A stretch of DNA of 64,000 nt from Octopus bimaculoides (GCF_001194135.2 NC_068991.1:64181729-64245728); one strand, 5' to 3'; shown: positions 23,345 through 36,876, counted from the first letter of the stretch. Translations and numbers: made by a program. Notes: generated by a model from the sequence alone, not told the origin.

Positions 23345-23646
23345 CGCTTCTTTGCTAAACCTGGTACTTTATCGTTTTCATTTGCTGTAAAGAAACTAAC
23401 ACCGGTTGTCAAGCGATAGCGGGGAGGAAAAAGAGATACAGACATACAGACATACAGACATACGCATACATACATATACGACATGTTTCCACACAGTTTA
23501 CGCCTACCAAATTTATTCCCATGGCTTTGGTCGCCTAAAAGCTATAGTAGATGACGTTTACTTTAGCTATGTGCCACGCAGTGTGTCTAACCCCGAACCT
23601 ACGCAATTGGAAAGCGAGCATTTTAACAACACAGTTACGCCTGCGC
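23345..23646 (-). mobile_element. SINE family A, degenerate
   Basis: Contains 'accggttgtcaagcgat', an internal (CATA)n, 'tttggtcgcc', 'gtgccacgcagtg' and 'acacagttacgcctgcgc' (reverse complement of the head). Confidence 0.75.
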
Positions 23647-25618
23647 TTGATTTCCAGTTTACTTCCATTGTATTGCACCTTGCTTTGGTATCTTCGATCT
23701 TATCGTTGAGTCGACCAAAACCTTATCAGTGAAATCTGATACACGGAAGATGTATGGAAGCCCGTCAGAAGGGACGCTCCTGTTCTTTATCGGTTCGGGT
23801 TAAAAGTATCTTCTAGTGCTCAAGTAATCTTAGGTGACATCACTCTATTGCAAGCGGCCGAACTTGGTCTCTGGTCTATGAATAACTTCCTCACAGCCTT
23901 TCATTCTGTAACTTCGAAGGCCATTAAAGGGTCATGAGTACTGTACCTACATTACTCTGACAAGTCAGTAAAGACATTCTAAATATTAACTACTCTGAGA
24001 TTAGATAAAGCGATTTGTTATTTGAAGAACGAATGAATAATTTCGGGGATGTACTTGTCTGGCAAGTAATTTGATCAGAGACTGTATATTGAAACTAAAG
24101 TAATATCAACGTTGAAGGCACATATTGGTTCTTTAAAAAACACACAAAAACTATTAACTTCACTTAAACAGTTATTTTTTTATTTTAAAATCTTCGTCGA
24201 ACAATTTGCAACCTAGTCGCTGACACTGTTCCACTGAGATGCAACAAAGTACTATTTTTATGCAAAAATTAAATCATTTTGTAGTACAATCTCTATGTAA
24301 TAGCTTAGCTTTCCAAGAGAAATAAATTCAAGACTGAGAGCTTGTTGAGACATTATGCTGTTCGATTAATAGTTCATCATAGGTTACACGTTACATCCAT
24401 GACCAATACCCTTTATTTCTCTGATAGTACTCCACGAAGTAAATAGATGCTACGATGAAAAGACAAAACAAAACGACACATCGCTGTGGATGTAGATGAT
24501 AGTGAATAACTTATAATTTAGTCATCCTGTCATGAATACAACTTGCCATAGAACAATTATTAATTCAAACAAAGACTAGAAATGCAATGCTTAATGTCAC
24601 AAAACTAGGTTAATTAGTCACACGTCCCCCAGCATGGAGGGTATTTATAAAAGCCAGGTTATTTACACAAAGCATCTCGTGATGAAATTTCACGCTCAAA
24701 TTCACTCCAAATATCATCTCGCAATGTCTCTTCCTAACACTTTACCATCATACTCAACTGGCCTGTAGATCGAATATTTTTCTGCTGTTGCTTATGTTAT
24801 TTGGTTTAAAGAGTTTAAATATTTAACATTCCCCAAGAATCGATCTGTATCTGCTGCGAAAACCTATTAATCGATTCTGACATTTTAAAATATATTAGAT
24901 TATCAACGAAATGTGATAAACATGGGAGTTAACCATTATACAAAGCCATTATAAACAAGAAACAACAGAATTTGATTATCAATTATTTATAAAATCATAA
25001 AGATCCATAATGCGATGTTTGATTCATTAGTAATATTAATTGGATTAACGATAAATCTCCTATTCTCGGCTAAGAGAAAATATCTTTCAGGAAAGCAGAG
25101 TAAGCGCCCAGTTTATATTCGTATGTGAAGTGAGACATAATAAAATTAAATGGCCAACCAAGAAACACAAAGAAATTCTACTTCAAAGAGGGTATACCAT
25201 GTAGTCTTTCCATTTGCTCGAAATAGAAGCCCAAACCCGCTTAACATTAGCGTCCATACACAAGATATTCATTTAATGTATTTTTGATACGGAATTCTCG
25301 AAACAGAAGAAAAACAAGATGTAATCATGGCTGCAACTCTTTTAATTGTACGTTTATTAACTTAGAGCTGATCAAGGGCTACACACATCAACAATGATCG
25401 TACTTAAATTCATGACACACAAATCACCAATCCAATGCCACTTCTTGTCATTTATTCATCTTTTTTTACCCCCTTTATGAAAAGCGAATAACAGTAGGAT
25501 TTGCTGACAGGAGTCAAACATTCTGTTCAATGCACTTACGACTTTGCACATTCACCACTTTATGGCACGAAAGAGTTCAAGGCATTTTCAGATGTTATTT
25601 CAATTCTGCCATCGCTTC

Positions 25619-25992
25619 ATTGTTGTTGGCACTCCGTCGCTTACGACGTCGAGGGTTCCAGTTGATCCGATCAACGGAACAGCCTGCTCGTGAAATTAAC
25701 GTGTAAGTGGCTGAGCACTCCACAGACACGTGTACCTTCAACGTAGTTCTCGGGGATATTCAACGTGACACAGTGTGACAAGGCTGACCCTTTGAATTAC
25801 AGGTACAACAGAAACAGGAAGTAAGAGTGAGAGAAAGTTGTGGTGAAAGAGTACAGCAGGGTTCGTCACCATCCCCCTGCCGGAGCCTCGTGGAGCTTTA
25901 GGTGTTTTCACTGAATAAACACTCACAACGCCCAGTCTGGGAGTCGAAACCGCGAATCCGCTGTCCTAACCACTGGGCCATTGCGCCTCCAC
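25619..25992 (-). mobile_element. SINE family C (tRNA-like head), near complete
   Basis: Reverse complement begins gtggaggcgcaaTGGCCCAGTGG (A box)...GGTTTCGACTCCC (B box). Nearly identical over about 340 bp to 51245-51591, but lacks 16 nt between the boxes. Ends '...gacggagtgccaacaaca'. Confidence 0.92.
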
Positions 25993-26001
25993 CTATCGCT
26001 T

Positions 26002-26034
<33 letters not shown>

Positions 26035-26036
26035 GC

Positions 26037-26150
26037 CTTTCTCCTATAGGCACAAAGCGGAATTCGAGCTCAAAACGTAACGACGGATGAAATGCTACTA
26101 CGCATTTTTTCCGTCGTGTTAACAGTTCTGCCAGTTCACCGTCTTAGCCT
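26037..26150 (-). mobile_element. SINE family B, internally deleted
   Basis: Head reverse complement 'gttctgccagttcaccgtctta' is joined almost directly to tail 'ctttctcctataggcacaa'. Confidence 0.7.
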
Positions 26151-27459
26151 TCTCAATAATAGCAACAGTAATATGTATTTCTTTATCAGCTGAGCTCTTC
26201 CACTCTAAAGTGAGAAGACATAAGCTGCTTAATATGTGACCGGTAAATTTAACACAATTAGTATTTGAACAACACCCTAATTTATTTATCCAGTCCTCGT
26301 TGTTTCACCGTATCCACCTGTCTCAATAGTGATGAAATAGTCATATATCTAGAGAGGTTTTTGTAGATAAAATGTACTCTAGTATATGTTATGTTATTTT
26401 GTTGGCCTTCGAGGCACAAAAAGCAAAGCTGACCTGCATGAGATTTGAATTCGGAATCTAGCGGAAGATGAATATTATATATCATCTGATTTCTTACTTT
26501 ACTTGCCACTATTATCTCCGTATTTTCTCTCTAGTTCCATAGTTTGGAAATATAAAATAACATTACAGCAATAATTTGAATTATTTACTCTTAAAAATCA
26601 TTTATGTATTATTTTCTAATACCTAAGCATTTACGAAAGATACCATAAGATAATTACATTTACATTCTCGGTTTTCAATGGGAAAAATGTTGTGTATTTG
26701 GTCGAAAAATAACAAATCAAGAGAAATAGAAGCTACTCGACACGCCGAAGAATTTCTTAAAGAATTTTAGACCAAAAGAGTAATAAAGAAAAAAAAACAC
26801 CTTTGACACCTTTGTTATACGATAATATTCTGCTATATGTCTCACCTTTTTACCTCTTGCTACTCAAATATCAAAGCACAGGCGTGATTGATGTTTAGTA
26901 TTTCAAAACCAGATAGATATGGCTACAAAACGAAAATTACTATTGATTTTTAAATCTTTTCTGATGTGTTAATGTTGACCTATACTGAATTAAATGCTCA
27001 TTCATATATGTCATAACCAGTAGTACAATTACAATCTCAAATCAAAACTTGAAGCTAAAGTCAAAATAAACTTAAAACAACATCGAAATCATGAACTACA
27101 AAGAAATGTATTTAAAAGACAGAAAAGAAACAAAAATAAGAAATAAAATAGAAAAAGGAAAACATTTAAAATAAAGAATTACAATGTCATAATCTTTAAT
27201 TATTTCTGAAATATTGGAAAAATTGTGGTTCCAAGTTCAGATGTTTCAATCTTTTAATCTTCTACGGATGTTTTATTTGTGTTCTTTGAGCTAAGTTAGT
27301 TTATTCAATTAGCTGATTTGTGAGAAACTTATTATAACTTACGATTACCATTATATACAGCGTTCTGTGTTTTTCAACCTTATCGGTTCGCATCCTGCTG
27401 ACGTACACTCTCTCTGTTTTTAAATGCGAGTACATTTATCTGTCATATTTCGAATAACT

Positions 27460-27639
27460 TAAGGTAATGAGCTGGCAGAATCATTAACATGTCGGACAGA
27501 ATACTTCGCAGAATTTCTTCTGGCTCTCTACAAACAGAGTTCAAATAACGCTGGTGTCAGCTTTGCCTTTCATCCTTTCGAGTTTGATAGAATAGAATAA
27601 AAGTGAAGTAAAGGGATCTATGTAATCGACTACCCCTCC

Positions 27640-27670
<31 letters not shown>

Positions 27671-27932
27671 CATCGTACTCTTGTACGATAATTTGCAGTA
27701 ATGTTCCGAATTAGATAAGGCGAAAAGCTGACAGAAACGACAAGACGGCGAGTAAAATGCTTAGCGGCATTCCGTCCATCTTTACGTTCTGAGCTCAAAT
27801 TCTGCCGAGGCTGACATAGACTTTCGTCCCTGCGGCGTCGATAATATAAGTAGTAGTCGAACACCAGGGTCGATGTAATCGTCTTATCCTCACCCCCGAA
27901 ATTACTGGTCTTGTGCCAAAATTTGAAATCAG
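27460..27932 (+). mobile_element. Tandem pair of SINE family B copies (27460-27641; 27718-27932)
   Basis: Two heads ('aaggtaatgagctggcagaatc', 'taaggcgaaaagctgacagaaacg') each followed by the core. The copies are separated by (CAT)n and about 50 bp. Confidence 0.8.
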
Positions 27933-28575
27933 TATTTCGAATTATATTATCCCACCCACAAAATGAAACAAGGATTAGGTAAGGCTAATACAGAACCTCT
28001 GTAAGTAGCAGATTTACTGCAATATATGTGTGTGTGTTTTACATTAGATTACCAAGTTCTAATTCATATACGTCCCCTACGAGTGACTTGACAAAGAAAC
28101 GAGAATTAGAAACAGCCCTCAAGTGATTCTTTGGATGAAACACGTCTACAGATTTCGCATAGAAAAAAAAACACGAACAAACAGCTCAGTTTTGGTGGGA
28201 TAGTCGTAGGTTTTCTGTAAGCCTAGTACTGTAATCCAGCTCATTAATCGGCGCTTAGCTTATTTTCGTGACACAAGAAGAAACACCATCACCGCTACAA
28301 CCCTACCATCGCCAAGACCAACACCAACACCAACACAACACTTATAAAGATCATCATCGTCCTCATGAATACGCTAATTTCAATAGCATTAATCACATAT
28401 TATGAAGAGATAAATAGGAAATTTAGATATATAGACATCTAATGTTTGACTTTATCGCAATTGTGCGTACGATAAAAATAGTCGATAACAAGAGAACATT
28501 ATTGATGTGTGTGTATGTGTGTCTGTATCTCTGTGTATATGTAAATTCATGCACGCACACACACACACACACACG

Positions 28576-28606
<31 letters not shown>

Positions 28607-28775
28607 GCACATACGCGCGCACATACGCGCGCACACACCATACACAGCCACACACGTATATATAGAGAGAGGGGAGGAGAAAGAAAGTCATGTATGTGCA
28701 AAAATATTCCAGACAATTAGAAAATTAATATTCGAGATTTTTATTATCATTATTATTATTATAACTGTCTTCGTT

Positions 28776-28830
<55 letters not shown>

Positions 28831-29454
28831 ATAACAATAACAACAACATCAATATTAGCGACCGTGGCGGCGGCACCAGCGTCGTCATCGTTGGAGTTGT
28901 GGAAGACTGTCACTTTTTCAACGTTTATTTTTCTTTACATTTTTTTAAATTTTGTTATATTCCGTCTTGCAGCAGATCGATATTGTAATGTACGTACAGT
29001 ATCGATTAATTTCTGTGATCGTGTAGCAAAAAAAAAAAAAAGAAAAGATATACACACATTGTGATAACAGCATACACTTTGGAGAACCGCATTCATTAGA
29101 GTCTGGTGAATGAATGTGTAATTCAGTCTTTTGTGAACGTTCACAATTTTCACGGCAAAACAGTTCGTGGGAAATATTTTCCTTACGAACACTTCATAAT
29201 CATTATTAATTCTTGAGAAAGGCATTAATACTTCATATTCTGCTTCCCTTTGTTATTTTCCAAAGATGTGCTATTTTGTCTACATTCACCATCATATAAA
29301 GCTTTTTTCCCAAACACGCGTAAGGCTAAATATGGTGCGCTGCCAAAAACAGGATAACTTACATGATGTAATCTGTATATGTATCCTCTCTTCAAATTGC
29401 ACCGATAGAGGCCCATTCGTATTCTACCCCCCTTGATATATCAGACAAATGTAT

Positions 29455-30120
29455 ATATGTATACCTTTATAAGGTTTGTATCAAACAAGTCCGTAACGTT
29501 AGAGGCTACAACGAAAGAAATAGAGAAAGGAGCCAAGAAATGCAAAGAATTTTTATAGTCAGAAAGCTTAAAAGACTGAATATCATAGACCAGAAGAAAA
29601 CAAGACGATGATCGTGAGTTCTAGAAATCAGGAGTTCGAAGGAAGAAGCTATTAGAATAATAGGACAAAGAGCTCGACAGAGAAATAATGCACCAGGGAT
29701 GAGAAGCTGGTGATACGTTTAATGATCTTGGCTGAAGCTACTGAACCAGAAAGCTAGCCAGAGCAATGACTATCGGAATGCTTATAGAAAGCACACAACG
29801 AAGATGATAAAAATTCTACATCCTTGTAGAAAAAGACGGTGCTCCATGTTAACAACCCGATTCTAAATTCAACCGAGCAAGTTGACACTCAGATACGATA
29901 CCACCTCAAAGATTCAATACACGGTCGAAAGGTGGACTTATGAGATACAAGCACAAGAAACTTGCAAGCACAGAAGAAAGGTCCAATCTTCTTAGTAACC
30001 GACATGCAATGGATTGACCAAGAGAAGTCCTTGGTCGAAGTCAAACCAAGAAGTAGAATACTCTGGCTTTCTTGATGATCAAACCCGTCCATATCATCGT
30101 AGGGAAGTAATGGCTGCCTA
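29455..30120 (-). mobile_element. CR1/L2-group LINE 3' fragment (post-RT region)
   Basis: Minus-strand 'ILLLGLTSTKDFSWSIHCMSVTKK...HKSTFRPCIE' (cf. LG....DLSW..HI......YKS.IRP.MEY), followed by degenerate 'FYKHSDSHCS' and 'SFFLRT' segments. Confidence 0.7.
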
Positions 30121-30179
30121 CTTAAGTCTCAACCATCGTATTAAGAAAGAAAGATATGAAGTAATGTGATCAAAAGGTT

Positions 30180-30575
30180 GTTTGCAGATTAGCAAAATGT
30201 AGAATAGCAAGGGTTAGAATGCCTTTTAAAATAGGTCTGCTAGATCAGGGATGATCTGGCGTTAATCAACAACAACAAAACTATGTGTGTCGTGTCCAGA
30301 GTGATAATAAAATCATAGAAGGTGAAATTGTTGTTCACGTCGTGTCGCCCAAGGTCAGCTCAATTAGAATGCAAGCTTTTATGTAGTTTCTCGTCATGGA
30401 AGACGAAGTAAACAAATCTTCGTATAATCACATTCTATTATCTTGAAAGGAACCAGGAAAAAAATTGGAGAATTGTTAGTGGATTCAGTGCATATAGGAA
30501 AAAGACTGAATCGACATGGTTGGAATGCGTTTGACTACGAGTCTGCAGAATGGATTTTGACCTGAGGTTAAAGGA
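30180..30575 (+). mobile_element. Two degenerate 3' ends of a SINE or LINE-tail family (related fragment at 21440-21620 on the minus strand)
   Basis: Both carry 'g/aatgc(c/g)ttt...aggtctgc...tgatctgg/tgacctgagg...aacaac'; the first ends in (AAC)n. Confidence 0.45.
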
Positions 30576-31737
30576 CAACTAGCACAGCATCAATAATAAT
30601 TATGTCAGATCAATTGACAGTGAAGTAGGATACTCCATGGAACGTAGCTTAAAGTTTCACCAGGAAGCTCTTTTTTAACTGTCTCTCACGTACCCACACA
30701 CACATGCAGACGCACACACGCGTACACACACACATACACACACACACATGTACGTAGGGCAGTCAACCCGAAACCGCCTCATTGTTTTTTGGTGAAATGT
30801 AAAGCTATTTCGTTCGCTCACTTCTTTCCATATTTAGAATGACAACGTACCATTACACAGACATATAATAAATAGCCCTACAAAGGAATTCGACTGAATG
30901 TGTAAAGATTTCCCTATAGGCTTTTTCACACCATACTTATGCAGTGAACGCAAAATCTGACTAGGCCACGAGCCTAGTCAAAGGGAATCGACTGTGAGAA
31001 GAAATGAAGGACTAACCATAGGTTAACATATTCACATGACAAGATGAACATAATAATGTGCTTCCGTTCAAGTATCTAGCCATTTCACATCATACACACC
31101 AAAAGGGTCTATCGTAGTCTAAATAATAGAAATATGAATCATTTTTCTTCCTTTTTCTCTTTAAATCTGACAACTTCTTCTGATATGAGAAATCAATAAT
31201 TGTGATACACTTCAGTAGATATAGTTTTATGTCGGCAAATAAAACTTATTATATTTCGTAAAGTAATATCGATCTCTAACATTGGTAGTTAGTTCGAAAA
31301 TTAATGATGGAAAAGTGCAATCTATTAACTGTGCCACGGTATAATACTGTTGTGTATAGTATTGACCAACATACATATCCATCCGTCCATCCATCCAACC
31401 ATCCATCCATCCATCCATCCATCCATACATGCATGAAAACGGATAAATATATTATCTTCTACTACTGCAGCTGTTTCATTGAGAGTTTTAGAGCAGTGTA
31501 AACATGGTAAAATCAGACATGTACTATGTACAACATCCATATGAATATGAAATACGTTACAAAACTCTCAACTCATCAGAGTTACCATACATATATATAC
31601 TGTTAAATTATCTGTATAGATATTCTATAGAAATTATAGCCAGCATTGATGTTTTGCTACAACGTTTCGTATCGAATTGTCAGATGCAAACAAGCAATTG
31701 AGATCGAAGACAAAAATGGGTAATTATTATATGTGTG

Positions 31738-31786
<49 letters not shown>

Positions 31787-31787
31787 A

Positions 31788-32000
31788 CAGAGAGTGCTGA
31801 AAGGTCCATGGCTGTAGAAAAGAAGGTACAGGAGAGTCAGTTAATTATGATTTTATTCAACATATTCTCCACTCAGATTCACACATTTACTGCAGCGTCC
31901 TTCAGTTTTTCAAAGCAATGTAAAAGAACTAAGAAGGTTAGCCCTCCAACCACGCCTTCCATGTTACCCTTAAAGTCAGGAACATTTCAGCCCCACCTCG
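31788..32000. mobile_element. Mariner-derived MITE, 213 bp, TA-flanked
   Basis: Left end 'cagagagtgctgaaaggtccatggct'; right end reverse complement 'cgaggtggggctgaaatgttcctgacttt'. TA at 31786-31787 and 32001-32002. Confidence 0.8.
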
Positions 32001-32036
32001 TATGTATGTATGTATGTATGTATGCATGCAGACATA

Positions 32037-32617
32037 TGCAGGAAAGGCTGTATGGTAAGTACTTTGCTTACCAACGACGTGGTCCCGGGTTCAGTCCCAT
32101 TGTGTGCCTCCTTGAGCAAGTGCTTTCTACTATAGCTTCGGGCCAACCGAAGCCTTGTGAGTGGAATTGGTTGAAACTGAAAAGAGCCCATCGTATATAT
32201 ATGTGTGTGTGCGNNNNNNNNNNNNNNNNNNNNNNNNNNNNNNNNNNNNNNNNNNNNNNNNNNNNNNNNNNNNNNNNNNNNNNNNNNNNNNNNNNNNNNN
32301 NNNNNNNNNNNNNNNNNNNNNNNNNNNNNNNNNNNNNNNNNNNNNNNNNNNNNNNNNNNNNNNNNNNNNNNNTGTGTATGTGTGTGTGTGTCTGGGTGTC
32401 TGGGTGTGTCTGTGTGTGTCTGTTTTTCCCTCTACCATTGCTTGACAACCGATGCTGGTGTGTTTACGTCCTCGTAAATTAGCGGTTCTGCAAAAGAGAC
32501 CGATAGAATAAGTACTAGGCCTACAAAAAATAAGTCCTGGGTTTGATTTGTTCGACTAAAGGCGGTGCTCCAGCATGGTCACAGTCAAATGACTGAAACA
32601 AATAAAAGAATAAAAGC
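32037..32617 (+). mobile_element. SINE family A, full-length with internal microsatellite and N-gap
   Basis: Head 'gcaggaaaggctgtatggtaag...gggttcagtccc', internal (TG)n spanning the gap, tail 'gactaaaggcggtgctccagcatggtcacagtcaaatgactgaaacaaataaaag'. Confidence 0.92.
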
Positions 32618-32654
32618 GTGTGTATATTTTTCTGAAAGGTCTTGTGATCTATAT

Positions 32655-32930
32655 TGCCTGCTTAGATGTTACTCTTCAGCTTGTCCCTGTAGCTGAGCGT
32701 TGGTCGCCTAATATTCCTGGGTCCACTATGAAGCTGGTTTTATATGAGGACTTTGAGCATTCTTTCGACATTCATTCTGACGAAATCGCCAGCGCAGTGC
32801 AATGTGACTGCATGAAGAAGCTCTTGATTACACCAATCTTTCATTTGCTAAACAGGTCGACATTAGAAACTCTGTTTTTTAGGGAGTAAGCGCAGATACT
32901 CCTGAGACATCCTTTATGGAAGACGTCTAA
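32655..32930 (-). mobile_element. RTE-clade LINE C-terminal fragment
   Basis: Minus-strand 'LDVFHKGCLRSICAYSLKNRVSNVDLF...NVERMLKVLI*NQLHSGPRNIRRPTLSYRDKLKSNI' (cf. FH.RCLR.IL.I.W.D.V.N...PK.LLY..L..G.R..GRP...YKD.LK). Confidence 0.7.
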
Positions 32931-33198
32931 TTAGTTATTGTGCCCCCAATAAGGTCATACAAAAGAATAGTAATAATGACAGCTTTATAGACTAATCGGT
33001 ACGGAGCCGACATTAGTACATTGGTGTTAGATTTAACGCCCTGTTATCACCTTATCCAATACGCGATGACAGAGCTTTGCCAAATGATAAATGTGCGTGT
33101 ATGTGTGTGTGTGTGTATGTGTCTATGTATATGCATGTATATATATATACATGTATATGCATATATATTTATATGTTTATACATATGTATATATACAA

Positions 33199-34108
33199 TC
33201 TCGTAAGTAATGACAGCCTTTCAGAAAGAGGGAAAAAACTGCTCATCGAAACAAAACTCCGGAAAGAAACCAAATCTGTCAGACTTGGACCGTCGGACTC
33301 TTACGCGAATTGATAGAAAGAATCACAAAAGTACAGCTCCCACACTTACTGCAGAGATTAATGATCACCTCGAGAATCCATTTTCCACAAAAGCTGCTCG
33401 CTGGGACCAGCACAAACTTGGATTTCACGGGAGGGCTGCAATAAAAAAACCACTACTTTCAAAAACAAATGTTGCAAAGCGTTTAGAGTGGAGTAAACAC
33501 CTACAGAATTGGTCCCTAGAGCAGTGAAATAATGTTATTTTCTCGAACGAGTCATCGTTTACCTTAATTCCGACCACCGGCCGAGTATACGTGTGGAAAC
33601 AGCCAAAAGAAGCATTTGACCCAGACTGCCTTCTTTCAACTGTTAAACATGGAGTGGGGGGGGACTATATCTGGGAAATCCACCGTCTTAATGGTTTCCC
33701 TTCATGGCAGAATTAATATTCAAGACTATTTAAGCATTTTATCTGATTAAATTCATTCTATTGATGCAGAACTGTTTCCGGTGGGAAACGCAATATTTCA
33801 GGATGATAATGCACCAATTCACACAGCTAAAGTTGTTACTGAATGGCACGAGGAACATTCTACTGAAGTTGAAAATCTTATCTGGCCACCACAGTCCCCA
33901 TATCTCAATATTATTGAAGATTTATGTTGCATTTTAGAAAAAACAAATAAGGAGTCGATATGCTCCACCATCATCACTACAAGAACTGGGGAATGTTTTA
34001 GCTGAAGAATAGACAAAAATTCCTTTAGGAACAATTCAAACTTTGTAGGAGTCCATACCTAGTAGAATTCAAGCTGTACCTACTGCCTAAGGCGGTCCAC
34101 CCCCCCCC
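33199..34108 (+). mobile_element. Second Tc1-like copy (5'-truncated, 3' end in N-gap), same family as 12232-13442
   Basis: Colinear with the first copy from its position ~12522. Encodes 'KPLLSKTNVAKRLEWSKHLQNWSLEQ*', 'FSNESS', 'FQDDNAPIHTAKVVTEW' and 'IWPPQSPYLNIIE'; stops and frameshifts present. Confidence 0.9.
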
Positions 34109-34342
34109 NNNNNNNNNNNNNNNNNNNNNNNNNNNNNNNNNNNNNNNNNNNNNNNNNNNNNNNNNNNNNNNNNNNNNNNNNNNNNNNNNNNNNNNNNNNN
34201 NNNNNNNNNNNNNNNNNNNNNNNNNNNNNNNNNNNNNNNNNNNNNNNNNNNNNNNNNNNNNNNNNNNNNNNNNNNNNNNNNNNNNNNNNNNNNNNNNNNN
34301 NNNNNNNNNNNNNNNNNNNNNNNNNNNNNNNNNNNNNNNNNN

Positions 34343-34383
<41 letters not shown>

Positions 34384-35225
34384 CACACACACATATACGT
34401 ATATGTATAGAGATAGATATATTATTATGCGTACACCAGTAATAAATATTCATGTCTGGAACATATACAATCTAGCCACTGCTAATCAATTGCAAATTGT
34501 TTGTTCTGACAAATGACGTGATATAAATCTTCTGTGGTCTCGTCACAAGCCGTCAAGAAACGCCTTTGACAAACATATGTACAAATGTAAACAGAAGATA
34601 ATATATTAATGTAATATCTTATGTGCATTTTTTTCAAATGATAAGTCAGCTTCTAGAGTAGCTTAATGATTTATGTCTAAGCACATGATCCTGGAAAACG
34701 AAATGAAATTCACCAGAATGCTCGTAAGCAGACACACTCGCCACATACACATACGCACAAACAAACACATACCCACATACAAATCTAAAAACGCATACAC
34801 ACACACGCGCACACATATACTTACATATATACATATATATGCATATATATACGCGTATGTAAATATATAAATTATGCGAGAAAGAAAAGGGAATTTACGA
34901 GACACTTTATTCTGAACCACTCCGATCGTTTCTACCCATCTTGCACAGGTACCTTCTAGGTCAGATCTTGTATAAACTGTTGTCATGCGTGTCCTCAGGT
35001 AACTTTTCAAAAAGCACCTCGGCTTTTATTCACAGTGCCGCTTACTTCAATAAAACTACATAAAGACTTAGAAAAACTGAAGGACTGCTACAATTAATGT
35101 GGGAATGTGAGAGTGGAATATGTTGAAAAAAACCCCCATTATCTGCTCCTCCTGTATTTTCTTTTAGTCAAAGCCAGAGACAGTTCAGTTCCGTATATGT
35201 GTGTGTATATATATATATATATATA

Positions 35226-35587
35226 TCTTTTATTATTTTACTTATTTTAGTCATTTGACTGCGGCCATGCTGGAGCACCGCCTTTAGTCGAGCGAATCGA
35301 CCCAGAACTTATTCATTGTAAGCCTAGTACTTATTCTATCGGCCTCTTTTGACGAACCGCTAAGTTACGGGAACTAAACACACCAGCATCGGTTGTCAAG
35401 TGATGTTGAGGAGACAAACACGGACACACAAACATACACACGCACATACATACGTATATACATATATACGACGAGCTTCTTTCAGTTTCAGTCTACCAAA
35501 TCCACTCATAAGGCTTTGGTCAGTCCGAGACTATAGTAGAAGACACTGGCCCAAGGTGCCACGCAGTGGGACTGAACCCGGGACCAT
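35226..35587 (-). mobile_element. SINE family A, head slightly truncated
   Basis: 'agtcatttgactgcggccatgctggagcaccgcctttagtcg' through 'ggtgccacgcagtgggactgaacccgggaccat'. Confidence 0.92.
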
Positions 35588-35791
35588 AATTATATATACT
35601 TGGTAGTACAGTTACTACTCTCATCACTTCCTGATATTTTACAAATAGCTACTTTGCATGTTGCCAATCAATGACCGATGGTCGCTTTGTTTACAAAATA
35701 TTGCTAGCTAGAGTGAACTCTGGCCATCTCTCTGGCGATCAAGTGTTCGCGACTGAAAATGAGCAAACTAGCTCCAAACTGAGTCACTCAC

Positions 35792-35896
35792 GCGATCCTG
35801 TCGTTTGCTGGAAGAAGATAGGGGTTCGCTTCCTGTTGCCAATATATATGTACAGGGCGCAGTGCTGAACGGATAACCACCGGGCGGAAGTTCTGC
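35792..35896 (-). CDS. Candidate 105-nt internal exon (hypothetical)
   Basis: Minus-strand acceptor 'tagtttaacttcag|G' and donor 'CGC|GTGAGT'. Length is 35 codons, all three frames are open, and GC is well above background. No homology recognised. Confidence 0.25.
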
Positions 35897-36035
35897 CTGA
35901 AGTTAAACTAGTAGAAACATGGAAGAGCCACTTTGATGTGGCGATTAACTTTACTTGTTAGTATAGTTACAGCTCACATCTCATCCTGAGATATCACAAC
36001 CACTACTTACACGCACACGTACACACACACACACT

Positions 36036-36095
<60 letters not shown>

Positions 36096-36104
36096 CATAT
36101 ATAA

Positions 36105-36136
<32 letters not shown>

Positions 36137-36161
36137 GTATATATATGTATGAATACATATC

Positions 36162-36234
<73 letters not shown>

Positions 36235-36876
36235 GTATGTATGTATATATAAATATGCATATATATGATATATCTATATATATTATATACACTATACACA
36301 CACACGCTTATATACATATATACGAGCTTATTTATAAATAAATTATTAATATATATATGTGTGCATGTGTGTTTTGTGGGTTTATGAGTGTATGAGTGTG
36401 CCCGTGTGTACAGAAGCAAAACGCCTCAGATAAAATACGTGTGTTCACCTTGTTACACCGACGTGTCATTGCTTCTTACGATATTCACGCCTTCCCAGCT
36501 GTCTTTTGACACTTATCGTTGTTTTCTGTATCTTATATAATAAAAACTGGAGGATAGAAAATAATGTTTCGAAAACAAATGGCCAATAGCTAGCATAAGA
36601 AATATAATAACAATCGAGAAAAATGGCCACGAGTTATTTAGCCTGATGGTTCGACATTTTGATATCTTTATTTCATTGTTATGTTTGAGATATCTTTGTG
36701 TATGTCGTTGCTTCCTTTTGCTTGCATTCCCCGTTTTCCACTCGTCTATAATGATATCTTTCTTGATGGCATCTGACATTTATGTTTTTCCTCAATTTCT
36801 ATGTGATATATTTTTTATCATAATCATTGAATGGCCATATTCCATTTTTTTTATATAAATAAATACGTACAGTTAT

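Noticed and set aside
25900-25992. tRNA-like sequences with A and B boxes (also 51500-51591, 62740-62815 and the family A heads)
   Set aside because: They lack a complete cloverleaf and continue into multi-copy SINE bodies, so they are SINE heads rather than tRNA genes.
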